This document shows positions 9,759-18,712 of a DNA stretch of 64,000 nucleotides, piece after piece. Source of the stretch: a virus. Lineage: Duplodnaviria > Caudoviricetes. The position numbers and the translations under genes were made by a program. A model generated the notes under the pieces. The model was not told the DNA's origin, ran no database searches, and saw nothing but the letters and a program-made list of their open reading frames with translations. The stretch is taken from the IMG/VR virus record IMGVR_UViG_3300003962_000013, positions 32,001 to 96,000 of that record. The stretch is one strand, 5' to 3'. Numbering within the stretch: position 1 is the stretch's first letter; every line of letters starts with the position of its first letter.

Positions 9759-10097
9759 TTATTTATAATCGGAAATTTTTCGTTTGAGTGGATGGGGATT
9801 TTTATTTTGGGGAATACTCTTCCAATTTTCTTTATTTATTGTTCCATCAGGATTTATCAATGTAGATTTGTTTGGAGAGTTTATTGATAATGAATTTTCA
9901 ATAGCTTCGTTTTCTTTATCGTAAAATTCTTTTATTTTATTGAAAGTAAATTGGCGCAACCATCTAGGCATATTATAGACAGTTGGCCAATCAAAACCAC
10001 CCTTTCCATGAAAACAGATTTCATGAATTTGGGAAAATAAATTAGCTCGAGCAATTGAAGCTGTATCAGAAGTCAGGCCAAAAAAACTTAACCCCAA
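9759..10097 (-). CDS. Tail assembly chaperone, downstream (T-like) part; probably reached by frameshift
   Basis: No ATG at the start (TTG); overlaps the upstream gene across a T7 run; directly precedes the tape measure gene. Confidence 0.6.
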   Translation of the reverse strand: MGLSFFGLTSDTASIARANLFSQIHEICFHGKGGFDWPTVYNMPRWLRQFTFNKIKEFYDKENEAIENSLSINSPNKSTLINPDGTINKENWKSIPQNKNPHPLKRKISDYK

Positions 10098-10785
10098 TTG
10101 GTATATCGACTCTATTTGAACTTCCTTCGGGAAAAAAAGTTAAATCGACATCTGGTTGATTTTCTTTTATGTGTTTTCTTAGCTCTCTTGAATCTCGGGC
10201 TAAGAGATGTTTATCTACAAATTCTCGAATTGTCTTAGATTCCCTGTCTCCATTAACTGAAGTGATTAGGAATTTTAAACGCGTGGAAAGTTCTGGAGAT
10301 GCATTTTTATTAATTTTTTTAAGACCTTCCAATTCTGCTTGAATTTTTTGTTCATCTCCATGAGTTAAAATTTTATAAGTAATAAGAGTATTTGTTGATG
10401 GTAATGTATAATTAAATTCATTTATTCCTTTATTTGAATGTTCAAATGGTTTATTATCAATTTTAGTTAAATCAACTGTGTATTCTTGTCCACTATATTC
10501 AAATATATAATCTTTACCATACCCTAATACCCTGGCTGCTACCATTATTGCATTTTTATCTCCAGTAACCAAATCATCATAATTAATTTTAGATACAATA
10601 AGGGCTTGTAATAATTTATCTAATACGATTCCTTTTTGAATATAGGATTGATTGGTAAGAATATCTTCGTGTTTAGCAGTCATATAACACATTTCTACTT
10701 TTCCACTTGATAAAGGGTTTTCGGAAGGATATAATAATCCTTTTGATGGTAATTCAATAATTTCTGTAGGGATATCTTTTTCCAT
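10066..10785 (-). CDS. Tail / baseplate hub assembly chaperone (gp26-like)
   Basis: ELPSKGLLYP...MTAKHEDIL...GDKNAIMVAAR...FFWP; lies between tube and tape measure. Confidence 0.65.
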   Translation of the reverse strand: MEKDIPTEIIELPSKGLLYPSENPLSSGKVEMCYMTAKHEDILTNQSYIQKGIVLDKLLQALIVSKINYDDLVTGDKNAIMVAARVLGYGKDYIFEYSGQEYTVDLTKIDNKPFEHSNKGINEFNYTLPSTNTLITYKILTHGDEQKIQAELEGLKKINKNASPELSTRLKFLITSVNGDRESKTIREFVDKHLLARDSRELRKHIKENQPDVDLTFFPEGSSNRVDIPIGVKFFWPDF

Positions 10786-10853
10786 AGCTTTTATTTAATG
10801 TAACTTATTATTATCGAATATAAATATAATGAAGATAAAGGGGTTCACCAAGT

Positions 10854-11618
10854 TTAAGTGAGTTCTTTTTTAAGTATTTCTATAATCTGTTGAGGGTTGT
10901 TTTTTATATCATACTCCCAAAATCTAAGTAATTTAAAGCCATTATCTTTTGCCCATTGATTTTTCTTTTGGTCATTAAGCATATTTATATCTTGGGTTTT
11001 ACATTCTGGTAGGGCATATTTAGTATCGGGATTACAATGCCAAAAATCACCATCTACTTCAATTAAACATTTATGCTTTGGGAGATAAAAATCATATATA
11101 AAATGATTTTCTTTAGTATTAATATAGTAAGAATGTTGAAATTCTATATTAAGTAATTGAAAAAACAGCTCAAATCTTATTTCTAATAAAGATCGTTTTA
11201 CTTTTCCTGTTTTGATTATTCTTTGAACAGCAGAATCACTCATTTTCTCTTTGGTCTTTTTTGAGTGTTTTCTACCTACTCCAAATCCTTCTGGTTTAGG
11301 TTTAGGTATTCCTTTAGCACTTTTAGATATTTTTTCTCCTAATTTAGGATCCTTTCTATTTTGTTTTACAGCATTTTTTATATGATTATACTCACCAGAA
11401 GCAAATTTTTGTTTACGAGTTGATATAATTTTTTCTACTCGTTTTGGATTTTTAGGATCTCCAAAATAGTTTGGATTTACTCGGGTTTGATGTCCGCGTT
11501 TAAATTTTCCAAAGTCTTTTGAATTATAATCATAAATTGTTTTTTCTCCACATCCACACCCACAAATTGGGTGAGTACCATTATATTTTTCTTGAATTAA
11601 TTTTTCAGCATTAGTCAT
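10854..11618 (-). CDS. Free-standing homing endonuclease (CGCGCG N-terminus, NUMOD3-like repeat, DUF559/Vsr-like nuclease)
   Basis: ICGCGCGE; GRKHSKKTKEKMS; YDFYLP...IEVDGDFWH. Start moved to ATG 11618, downstream of the promoter hairpin. Confidence 0.7.
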   Translation of the reverse strand: MTNAEKLIQEKYNGTHPICGCGCGEKTIYDYNSKDFGKFKRGHQTRVNPNYFGDPKNPKRVEKIISTRKQKFASGEYNHIKNAVKQNRKDPKLGEKISKSAKGIPKPKPEGFGVGRKHSKKTKEKMSDSAVQRIIKTGKVKRSLLEIRFELFFQLLNIEFQHSYYINTKENHFIYDFYLPKHKCLIEVDGDFWHCNPDTKYALPECKTQDINMLNDQKKNQWAKDNGFKLLRFWEYDIKNNPQQIIEILKKELT

Positions 11619-11631
11619 AATATAAAATAAA

Positions 11632-11658
11632 AATGTCCGATAATAAATATCGGACATT
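11632..11658 (-). promoter_or_regulatory. Hairpin/terminator containing a late promoter motif, upstream of the endonuclease gene
   Basis: Perfect 11-bp inverted repeat AATGTCCGATA / TATCGGACATT; includes ATATTTATTA on the minus strand; followed by a T-rich stretch. Confidence 0.55.
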
Positions 11659-11690
11659 CTTGTAAAATCGCGGAGTGGATGGTAGTACTT

Positions 11691-12179
11691 TCAGAAATTG
11701 AGGATACAATAATCCATTCCTAAATTAACTGTTAATTCTTGAGCTGCATTTTCATCATCCCAACTATAATCACCCATACTAAAATCTTTAATAAATGCAC
11801 TTTTAATAATCCATTCAGATACTATATCTCCTACTGGTCCTAATACATTAACAGTTACATCTTTTTTATAGAAATCAGAATAACCATCACGACCAGTAAC
11901 TGATTCATGATGTAAACGAACCCATTCCATTACAGATTGAGCACCTGAAGGTGTAATAGGATCAAATAAAGTCATTTCAATATCTTTCCATTCTACTTTA
12001 CCTTTAATTTTACGATAAACATTAATGTGGTTTAATTTAATTTCACCTATTGAAGCTCCAATAGCTCCTACTTTTTTAATAGTATAAGATGGAATGCCAT
12101 CTACATACATTATAAAGCGGTTTTTTACCTTTGGTTCAAATGCTGTGAAAAATATTTCGTTTGGATCTAATATTGCCAT
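11691..12179 (-). CDS. gp19: Tail tube protein (T4 gp19-like)
   Basis: 162 aa; FEPK..NRF...W..I.MTLFDPI...EW...AF; follows the sheath gene. Confidence 0.85.
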   Translation of the reverse strand: MAILDPNEIFFTAFEPKVKNRFIMYVDGIPSYTIKKVGAIGASIGEIKLNHINVYRKIKGKVEWKDIEMTLFDPITPSGAQSVMEWVRLHHESVTGRDGYSDFYKKDVTVNVLGPVGDIVSEWIIKSAFIKDFSMGDYSWDDENAAQELTVNLGMDYCILNF

Positions 12180-12220
12180 TGTTATTTGTTATTTTGTTTT
12201 ATTATAAATATCTAAGATTT

Positions 12221-12252
12221 AAAAAATCTTCCCCCCTTTTTGGAGGGGAAGA
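12221..12252 (-). terminator. Rho-independent terminator after the sheath gene
   Basis: TCTTCCCC / GGGGAAGA stem plus T6 on the minus strand. Confidence 0.75.
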
Positions 12253-12261
12253 AATATTTTA

Positions 12262-13992
12262 TTATGCTGGGAATGTTGCACCAGTTGGAGTAATGTTGAA
12301 GTCTAAGTATATAAATTCAGCTGTTTTTGTCGGTTGAATATATATTTGACCAATTAATTCATTACGATCAATTATATCTGGAGTATTATTAGTATCATCC
12401 ATAATTACTTTAAATGCATACAATCCTTGTCTTTGTTGAACACTAGTTAAATATGGGTTAACTTGAGATAAGAATTGGTTTCTTGTAGCAATTGTATTTT
12501 GTTCAAATACTAAATTAAGAGATACTTGAGAAATATATGATTTAAGAGCAATCAATAAACGTCTAACATTTACTCTATCAAGAGCTGAGGCTCTAGTTTG
12601 TAATGTTTTCTGACCATATACTACAATTCCTGTTCCTGGGAAAGTAGCAATTGGGTTTACTTTTCCATTATATAATGTATCTCTATTTGTTTGAGATAAT
12701 TTTTGTTCTGCTCTTACAACTGTTGATAAACCACCTCTGTTAATACCTGCTGGAGCAAACCAAGGTTCTGCTACAGAGTCATTATAAGCGTAAACTCCAC
12801 CAATCATTGTTGAAGCTGGAACCCAAACTAATTCACCTGAAGCTGGATCTACAACTTGTAACCATGGCCAATATTCTGCAGCGTATGAAGTATTTCTTGT
12901 TGCTGCTTTAGCAACAGCGTCTGCTACTGTTTTACCATATTCTACTGGATCTATGATATAAATATTATCACCACGATCTTGAGTATTAGATATTAAAGTT
13001 GAAATTGTACCAGTATGAGTTGAAAAATTATCAATTAATCCAGGAGTAGACAATACATTAAATTTATAATCATCTGTGTTTGCAAGTAAATTAACCATGT
13101 TTGTATAACATCCTGCTGTCAATCCTTGAGTATCAGTATCGCTAATCAATTCATAAAATTTAGCTCCTCCTCTTATTGCACCTGTAGCTCCACCAAATGA
13201 TCCACTTGCATTTATTGGAAGAGATCCTGTGAATTGATTTTTTGCTACTCCATTATTATCAAAGTAATTATATGTAGTGTAGTTAACAGCACTTACATAA
13301 ACATAATTTGATCTGTTAGCAAATGAACCAGTAATAGTAATTTGATTTGTAGTTGAATTATAATTTTGAACTTGATCTCCAATTACACGAGCTATATAAT
13401 TTCCAGAATTAGGATCTAAAGTAAGATTAGTCCATGTTTCTAATATAACTGGTTGAAGAGAAGTATCATCACCTCTACGAATTAATAAATCAAAAGTACC
13501 TGAGGATGTGTTTGAATTTACAATTTGCCATCTAACATTATCTGCTGAACCACTTGGTAAAGCATTGTTAGTAATTTCAGTAGAAGTACTGTTCATTATA
13601 GTACCTTGAGAAATAGTTTTCAATACAAATGGTGATAAACCGGTTGTAGGACCACCTGAACCTGTTTGCATCACAGAGCTAGAAGCAGCGGTATAAGAAC
13701 CTGTTACTACTCTTGCTACTAATAATGATTGGCCTCCATTTGCAAAATAGTTATAAGCAGCTATTGATGTGAAATACGTATACGTATCTGCATCATTTGC
13801 TCCTCCACTTACAAATGTGGTTCCAAATTTATTTACATATTCATTGTAAGTTGTAACAATTGTTGGAATTTCAACAGGACCTTTTACAGTTGGTCCTATA
13901 ATTGCTGCACCTATAGTAACTGGTCTTTTAGATACAAAAGATGAATCATTTTCTCTTGCTAAAACGCCTGGTGATATTAAAGTTTCTGCCAT
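12262..13992 (-). CDS. gp18: Tail sheath protein (T4 gp18-like)
   Basis: SPGV..RE.D N-terminus; YWPW, PWFAPAGINRG, VNPI, GQKTL, RVNVRRL motifs. Confidence 0.92.
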   Translation of the reverse strand: MAETLISPGVLARENDSSFVSKRPVTIGAAIIGPTVKGPVEIPTIVTTYNEYVNKFGTTFVSGGANDADTYTYFTSIAAYNYFANGGQSLLVARVVTGSYTAASSSVMQTGSGGPTTGLSPFVLKTISQGTIMNSTSTEITNNALPSGSADNVRWQIVNSNTSSGTFDLLIRRGDDTSLQPVILETWTNLTLDPNSGNYIARVIGDQVQNYNSTTNQITITGSFANRSNYVYVSAVNYTTYNYFDNNGVAKNQFTGSLPINASGSFGGATGAIRGGAKFYELISDTDTQGLTAGCYTNMVNLLANTDDYKFNVLSTPGLIDNFSTHTGTISTLISNTQDRGDNIYIIDPVEYGKTVADAVAKAATRNTSYAAEYWPWLQVVDPASGELVWVPASTMIGGVYAYNDSVAEPWFAPAGINRGGLSTVVRAEQKLSQTNRDTLYNGKVNPIATFPGTGIVVYGQKTLQTRASALDRVNVRRLLIALKSYISQVSLNLVFEQNTIATRNQFLSQVNPYLTSVQQRQGLYAFKVIMDDTNNTPDIIDRNELIGQIYIQPTKTAEFIYLDFNITPTGATFPA

Positions 13993-14045
13993 TGATGTTT
14001 ATTTATTTAATTTTGTTATAAATATGGCAGAACCTATTAAAGATA

Positions 14046-14297
14046 TTAGTCACCAATAAATTCTCCTTTTTCGAGATTTATAGTTCCATTACCATATTTT
14101 TGTTGGAGGGTTTCACCTATTTGAATTTCTTCTTGGCGAAAATTTTTTAATTCTTCCTTAAGTGTTGCTTTTTTTAATTCAAATTCTTGAATCCCTAATT
14201 CAATTATACCAAACTGTTCTGTTAAGTGGAGGCGTTTTTCTTGAATTGATTTTAATAATTGAATTTCTTCTTGGGTTAAAACTTTTATTTTTTCCAT
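14046..14297 (-). CDS. Small coiled-coil hypothetical protein
   Basis: 83 aa ORF ending KYGNGTINLEKGEF. Confidence 0.6.
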   Translation of the reverse strand: MEKIKVLTQEEIQLLKSIQEKRLHLTEQFGIIELGIQEFELKKATLKEELKNFRQEEIQIGETLQQKYGNGTINLEKGEFIGD

Positions 14298-14302
14298 TTT
14301 GT

Positions 14303-15163
14303 TTAACTATTTAAGTCATTTATATTTTTAACTACTTTTTCTTCTACTATTACTTTAACCACATCTGGAATTTTCTTAAGTGCAGTTAAATCTTTTTGTA
14401 TTACATCAGGTATTATATACCCATTTAATTTTATATTGAAAGTACTACTTACTATTCTTTCATCTTTTTCAGCTAATTCAGCCTTTATAGCAAACGAATC
14501 AATCATCGCTCTAAACTGAAATTTTGCAGGATCACCCCAATATGAATCTGAAGCATATTCAATTGCTTCAACAATTTTATTTAATTGATCCATATAATAA
14601 GTATTAATAGCACAACTGTATGTTATAGTAACATAATCAGGAACTACTACTGCATAATTTGTTTTTTCAGGTACTATTCCATTTAATACACTAAAATTAT
14701 CATATGCGTTTTTTGAACTATATTTTTTTCTATGAATTGAAACATTATTTGGATTATTTGCATCTAATTTGTTAGCAATTGATCTTACTTTTTCAATATT
14801 ATCTCTTTTTATCATTATAAGAGGTAACATTATTTTTCCTTGAGCATCTCTGTAATATCCATCTTTTTGAAACGATTTCCATTTTTCAGGAGAACCATAA
14901 ATTACTGGAACAGGTATTTTTTCTCCATTTTGAGTAACAGATGGTTTTATTATATTATTAAAATAATACATAACAGATTCATCTATATCTTGAATCCCTA
15001 TTGATAATGGTTTTACAGAATCTCCACTAAATGAAATTTGGTTTCCTCTATTAATGGTATTAGAAAAATTTGGGTTTCCTACTTCAGAATCAAAAGCTGT
15101 ATGTTGTTCGATACTGAGTTCTCTTTGAGATTTAGGGATTGGGGTTCTACTATTTTTATTCAT
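14303..15163 (-). CDS. Tail terminator / sheath stabiliser (gp15-like)
   Basis: IPVPVIYGSPEKW...LPLIMI motif; lies between neck and sheath genes. Confidence 0.65.
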   Translation of the reverse strand: MNKNSRTPIPKSQRELSIEQHTAFDSEVGNPNFSNTINRGNQISFSGDSVKPLSIGIQDIDESVMYYFNNIIKPSVTQNGEKIPVPVIYGSPEKWKSFQKDGYYRDAQGKIMLPLIMIKRDNIEKVRSIANKLDANNPNNVSIHRKKYSSKNAYDNFSVLNGIVPEKTNYAVVVPDYVTITYSCAINTYYMDQLNKIVEAIEYASDSYWGDPAKFQFRAMIDSFAIKAELAEKDERIVSSTFNIKLNGYIIPDVIQKDLTALKKIPDVVKVIVEEKVVKNINDLNS

Positions 15164-15675
15164 TACAATCTTGTTTTAATAATGTTAACTCTATCTGCTG
15201 GTATATAATGACACTCACAAATTACAGAAACATTATATCCGAAATTTTCTAATCCTGGGTTTAGTGGATTTACACTATATGGATAATCTGGGTCTTTACC
15301 TGCAAAGTATTGATTTATATTAGTATTATCTACTTCGAAATAACTTTCTTGATATAAAATAACATCACCTACTTCAGGATGTAAATTAGCATCTACTAAA
15401 TCATCTCTTAAAAATGCAAAACTAACAGGCCATTTAAAATCTACCCCTAAATCACTTACAGGACTTGAATTATCTCCAACTGTAATCAAAGCATTAATTA
15501 ATGTTGGACCATCAAAGAATTTTCCTCCTGATGCTTCACCATAGATGTTGGTTTTTGTTTCGTCTAATTTATATTTGTAAAAAGCACATTGTTGAGAGAT
15601 AATATTTCCCATCAGTTCACGACTGATTCTTCTAACAAATGATGCGTCTCTTGATGATCCAAATAATGCGCACAT
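15163..15675 (-). CDS. Neck / head closure protein (gp14-like)
   Basis: NIYGEA...PEVGDVI...FEV; gene position. Confidence 0.65.
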   Translation of the reverse strand: MCALFGSSRDASFVRRISRELMGNIISQQCAFYKYKLDETKTNIYGEASGGKFFDGPTLINALITVGDNSSPVSDLGVDFKWPVSFAFLRDDLVDANLHPEVGDVILYQESYFEVDNTNINQYFAGKDPDYPYSVNPLNPGLENFGYNVSVICECHYIPADRVNIIKTRL

Positions 15676-15678
15676 ATT

Positions 15679-16332
15679 TTATAAAGTTTTATATTTCCAA
15701 ATAAACTTACCACAAGTTTTTTTGAATCCATTAATTACATTCCATATTCCTGCTTGTTGTAAATTTAATTCTTTTGCAGCTTGTTTTGATGATTGCCATT
15801 CTCGTATATATTCTCCATCTAAATTATATTGAATTACAGGTATAGATTTTGCTTTAATAACAGCTTCAACATGATAGTTTCGAGAAACTCCTTTATCTTT
15901 TCTTGTTTTAGTTATATTATGTTTTTTACCTAATTTACTTATTTTAATTTTTTCTTTATGTTCTTTAGTCAATATTTTTCCTTTATTTCTACTCACTCCT
16001 TTATTTGATTCACTGTTTTTTCTTCTTGTTTCTTCACTATCAAAAGAACCAAAACCTCTTCCTAATCTATTGTTAAGATGTTTGTTATTTAAAACATTAT
16101 ATTTTAATCCCCAAAATATTTCTTGATTATCTAAATTTTTAACTTCACATTCTTCAATTATTTCAAATGTATGGTTTTCAAAACCATATTTTTTTAATGA
16201 TGAATACAAACTAGGTTGGTCTTTGCATGCTAATTGTTTGTATTTAAGCCATCTTCCTTCTATATTGGTAGATTGCCCAATATATATTCTTCCATTAGGG
16301 TTTGTTATTTTATAAATACCTATTTTAGCCAT
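15679..16332 (-). CDS. GIY-YIG homing endonuclease with NUMOD1-like C-terminus
   Basis: IGIYKITNPNGRIYIGQS; VIQYNLDGEYIREW. Confidence 0.85.
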   Translation of the reverse strand: MAKIGIYKITNPNGRIYIGQSTNIEGRWLKYKQLACKDQPSLYSSLKKYGFENHTFEIIEECEVKNLDNQEIFWGLKYNVLNNKHLNNRLGRGFGSFDSEETRRKNSESNKGVSRNKGKILTKEHKEKIKISKLGKKHNITKTRKDKGVSRNYHVEAVIKAKSIPVIQYNLDGEYIREWQSSKQAAKELNLQQAGIWNVINGFKKTCGKFIWKYKTL

Positions 16333-16333
16333 C

Positions 16334-17470
16334 TTATCCTATAAAAATTGTCATTGGTGATTTTCCTAACTCGTTCATAGTTGAATCACCTTCATCTTTT
16401 TTTCTTTCTAATAAAGCTTTACGAGAAGTTTCATCTAAATATGCTCTTAATCTTTCAATCAATGATTGTTTTTCACTAGTAGCTGCTGTTATCAAATCTG
16501 ATTGATTCATGGAAATTTCTCTTCCAGGAATTGGAATTGTTGATTGGTATTTACCTCTAACATATCCTAACATTTCTTTACATAAAGCTAAAGTATATTC
16601 AAATATCCATTGACGTCCAATTGAATTAATTTGGGAATAAACTGGATTTGTAAAGTTAACATTTGAAACATTAGTAACTAAACCTGCAGATTGAGATATA
16701 GCACTATTAATTCTTTCTTCAATATTAATATATTGGAACCAAACTCTATCTCCATCATCTGTAGGGATAGGGAATATTCTTAATTGATTATTTATTAATT
16801 CAAATGAATAACTAGCTAATGAAACATCGTTTTGCATTTCAACTGCTTGAGTTGTTTGAATCAATAAACTTGTAGGGAACATTAAAAATCCAGTTGAACC
16901 AAATAAACCATATGTTCCTACAGAAGGAACTCCACCTAATCCTGAGAATAGATTTAGTTGATATACTTGATTAATAGCAGGAATTGGTTGGTAGAATATT
17001 CTTTTTATTTCAATTCCACCAGTTATATTATTATTTGAAGCCCATTCATTTAAATTATAATCTTGAATTGATGAAGTAAGAAGAATTGATCCTGTATGCC
17101 AAGTTACATTTCCTCCAACACCAGCTTCTGAACCATATTGTTGAGAAATTTTAATTACTGTTGCCATGTTAGGAGTTACAGTAGCATGATTTAAATTTGA
17201 GGAAGTTGAAGCTCCCATCACATTTAACATGTTATCTCTTACTTGGAAAGCATATAATTCATTTCCATATGTTGTAATAGCTTCTTCAAAGGCAGCATAA
17301 AAATTTATGTCTTGAAGTTCAACATCCATAATTGGATATCCTAATCTTCTAGCACAAAATGTAGTAACTTTATCAGCATCTGTTTGAAATTGATAATCGT
17401 TATCATAAAACCCAAATGGAGTATTTCCTGGGAAGAATGAACTAGAGCCTGGATATATAGGGATATTCAT
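16334..17470 (-). CDS. Neck protein / head-tail adaptor (gp13-like)
   Basis: RRLGYPIMDVEL...WIFEYTLALCKEMLG.VRGKY. Confidence 0.75.
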   Translation of the reverse strand: MNIPIYPGSSSFFPGNTPFGFYDNDYQFQTDADKVTTFCARRLGYPIMDVELQDINFYAAFEEAITTYGNELYAFQVRDNMLNVMGASTSSNLNHATVTPNMATVIKISQQYGSEAGVGGNVTWHTGSILLTSSIQDYNLNEWASNNNITGGIEIKRIFYQPIPAINQVYQLNLFSGLGGVPSVGTYGLFGSTGFLMFPTSLLIQTTQAVEMQNDVSLASYSFELINNQLRIFPIPTDDGDRVWFQYINIEERINSAISQSAGLVTNVSNVNFTNPVYSQINSIGRQWIFEYTLALCKEMLGYVRGKYQSTIPIPGREISMNQSDLITAATSEKQSLIERLRAYLDETSRKALLERKKDEGDSTMNELGKSPMTIFIG

Positions 17471-17512
17471 GTAATTTATATTTTATTATAAATATTGAAT
17501 TGAGGAGAAAAA

Positions 17513-18712
17513 TTAATTAATAGAAATAGCATTTGATGTAGGAACATCACTTGTTACTGAGAGCCAATTAGTTGTGTTAGATAAGGTTCCATTAAATGTT
17601 TTACATAATCTTCCTCTAGAACTATCAACATCAGTTATATTTACAAATGCTGGGAAAGAGTTTGCTCCTTGAGTTAATGTTAATATGGTTTTAGTTCCTG
17701 GGGTGTCAGAGTTTATTATACATCTATTGCTCATACCGATAGAGAGAGTACGAAGTTCTCCTGTTATAATATATTCTATTCCGGCTTTTAAAGTTAGGGT
17801 TCTTCCATTAACGGCATTTGTACCTAAAATAAATAGTGGTACTTCAAACCCAAATGTTCCTGCAAATGTATAATTTTGTTGCATAAGAATATTACTGGAG
17901 ATAGTTAATTTACTAAGAAGAGTAAGAGTACCTCCGGCTCCAACAATACTTAATTGATATATATTCATACCAGCAAGATCAAAAGTAGCTCCACCTGCAC
18001 CTATACCAAAAGCAGTATTATTTGGATTCCATGTTCCTGTAATATATGTCCATGTCGCATTATTACCTATATTAATACTTCCTATTTGATTAATAGTATT
18101 GGTAGCATTAATTATGACATTATTATTTATTTGTCCAGTAATAGATATACTAAGGGTTGTAGTTGTTGTAACTAATCTTATAGTTGAGGTTCCGGAGATT
18201 GTTCTACTAGGAGATGCCACAAATGTTAGAGTATGACCTTTTAAATATAAATCACTCCCATTCAAATTTACAGTTCCAGCAATAACTGTATGTGCAAAAC
18301 TACCACATTTAAAATCTCCGTTTAAAGTAATTGTTCCACCATTTGGAAAGCCTGTATTGACAGTTATAGCTCCACTTATTTCTTTACCATTTGAATTAAT
18401 TGTTCCACTTGCTGCAAAAATCAAATTACCAGTATTTCCTATTGTCATACCAATACCATATGTAATATCTCCCCCGTATAATTGAATTGATTGGGAACCT
18501 CCCAAATTACCTCCGAAATTTGTAAAATCCGCACTTAAAACACTTAATGTAGCATTTACATTGACAGTACCTGTTCCACTATTAGCATCCCATATAGCAT
18601 CGTCGGTGGTACCTGGAACAGATGCACCTGATGACCCTCCACTAGTTGTACTCCAATTTGTCGTACTATTAGTAGCTCCAGTTCCTCCTGTTACCCAATA
18701 TCTAGCTGCCAT
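17513..18712 (-). CDS. Beta-helix fibre / adhesin-like virion protein
   Basis: G/T/N-rich; RYWVTGGTG..NSTTNWS N-terminus; paralogue of the next gene. Confidence 0.6.
   Translation of the reverse strand: MAARYWVTGGTGATNSTTNWSTTSGGSSGASVPGTTDDAIWDANSGTGTVNVNATLSVLSADFTNFGGNLGGSQSIQLYGGDITYGIGMTIGNTGNLIFAASGTINSNGKEISGAITVNTGFPNGGTITLNGDFKCGSFAHTVIAGTVNLNGSDLYLKGHTLTFVASPSRTISGTSTIRLVTTTTTLSISITGQINNNVIINATNTINQIGSINIGNNATWTYITGTWNPNNTAFGIGAGGATFDLAGMNIYQLSIVGAGGTLTLLSKLTISSNILMQQNYTFAGTFGFEVPLFILGTNAVNGRTLTLKAGIEYIITGELRTLSIGMSNRCIINSDTPGTKTILTLTQGANSFPAFVNITDVDSSRGRLCKTFNGTLSNTTNWLSVTSDVPTSNAISIN

Noticed and set aside
11836-11843. Second GGTCCTAA match to the 23S motif
   Set aside because: Only 8 nt, inside the tail tube coding sequence, with no accompanying structure
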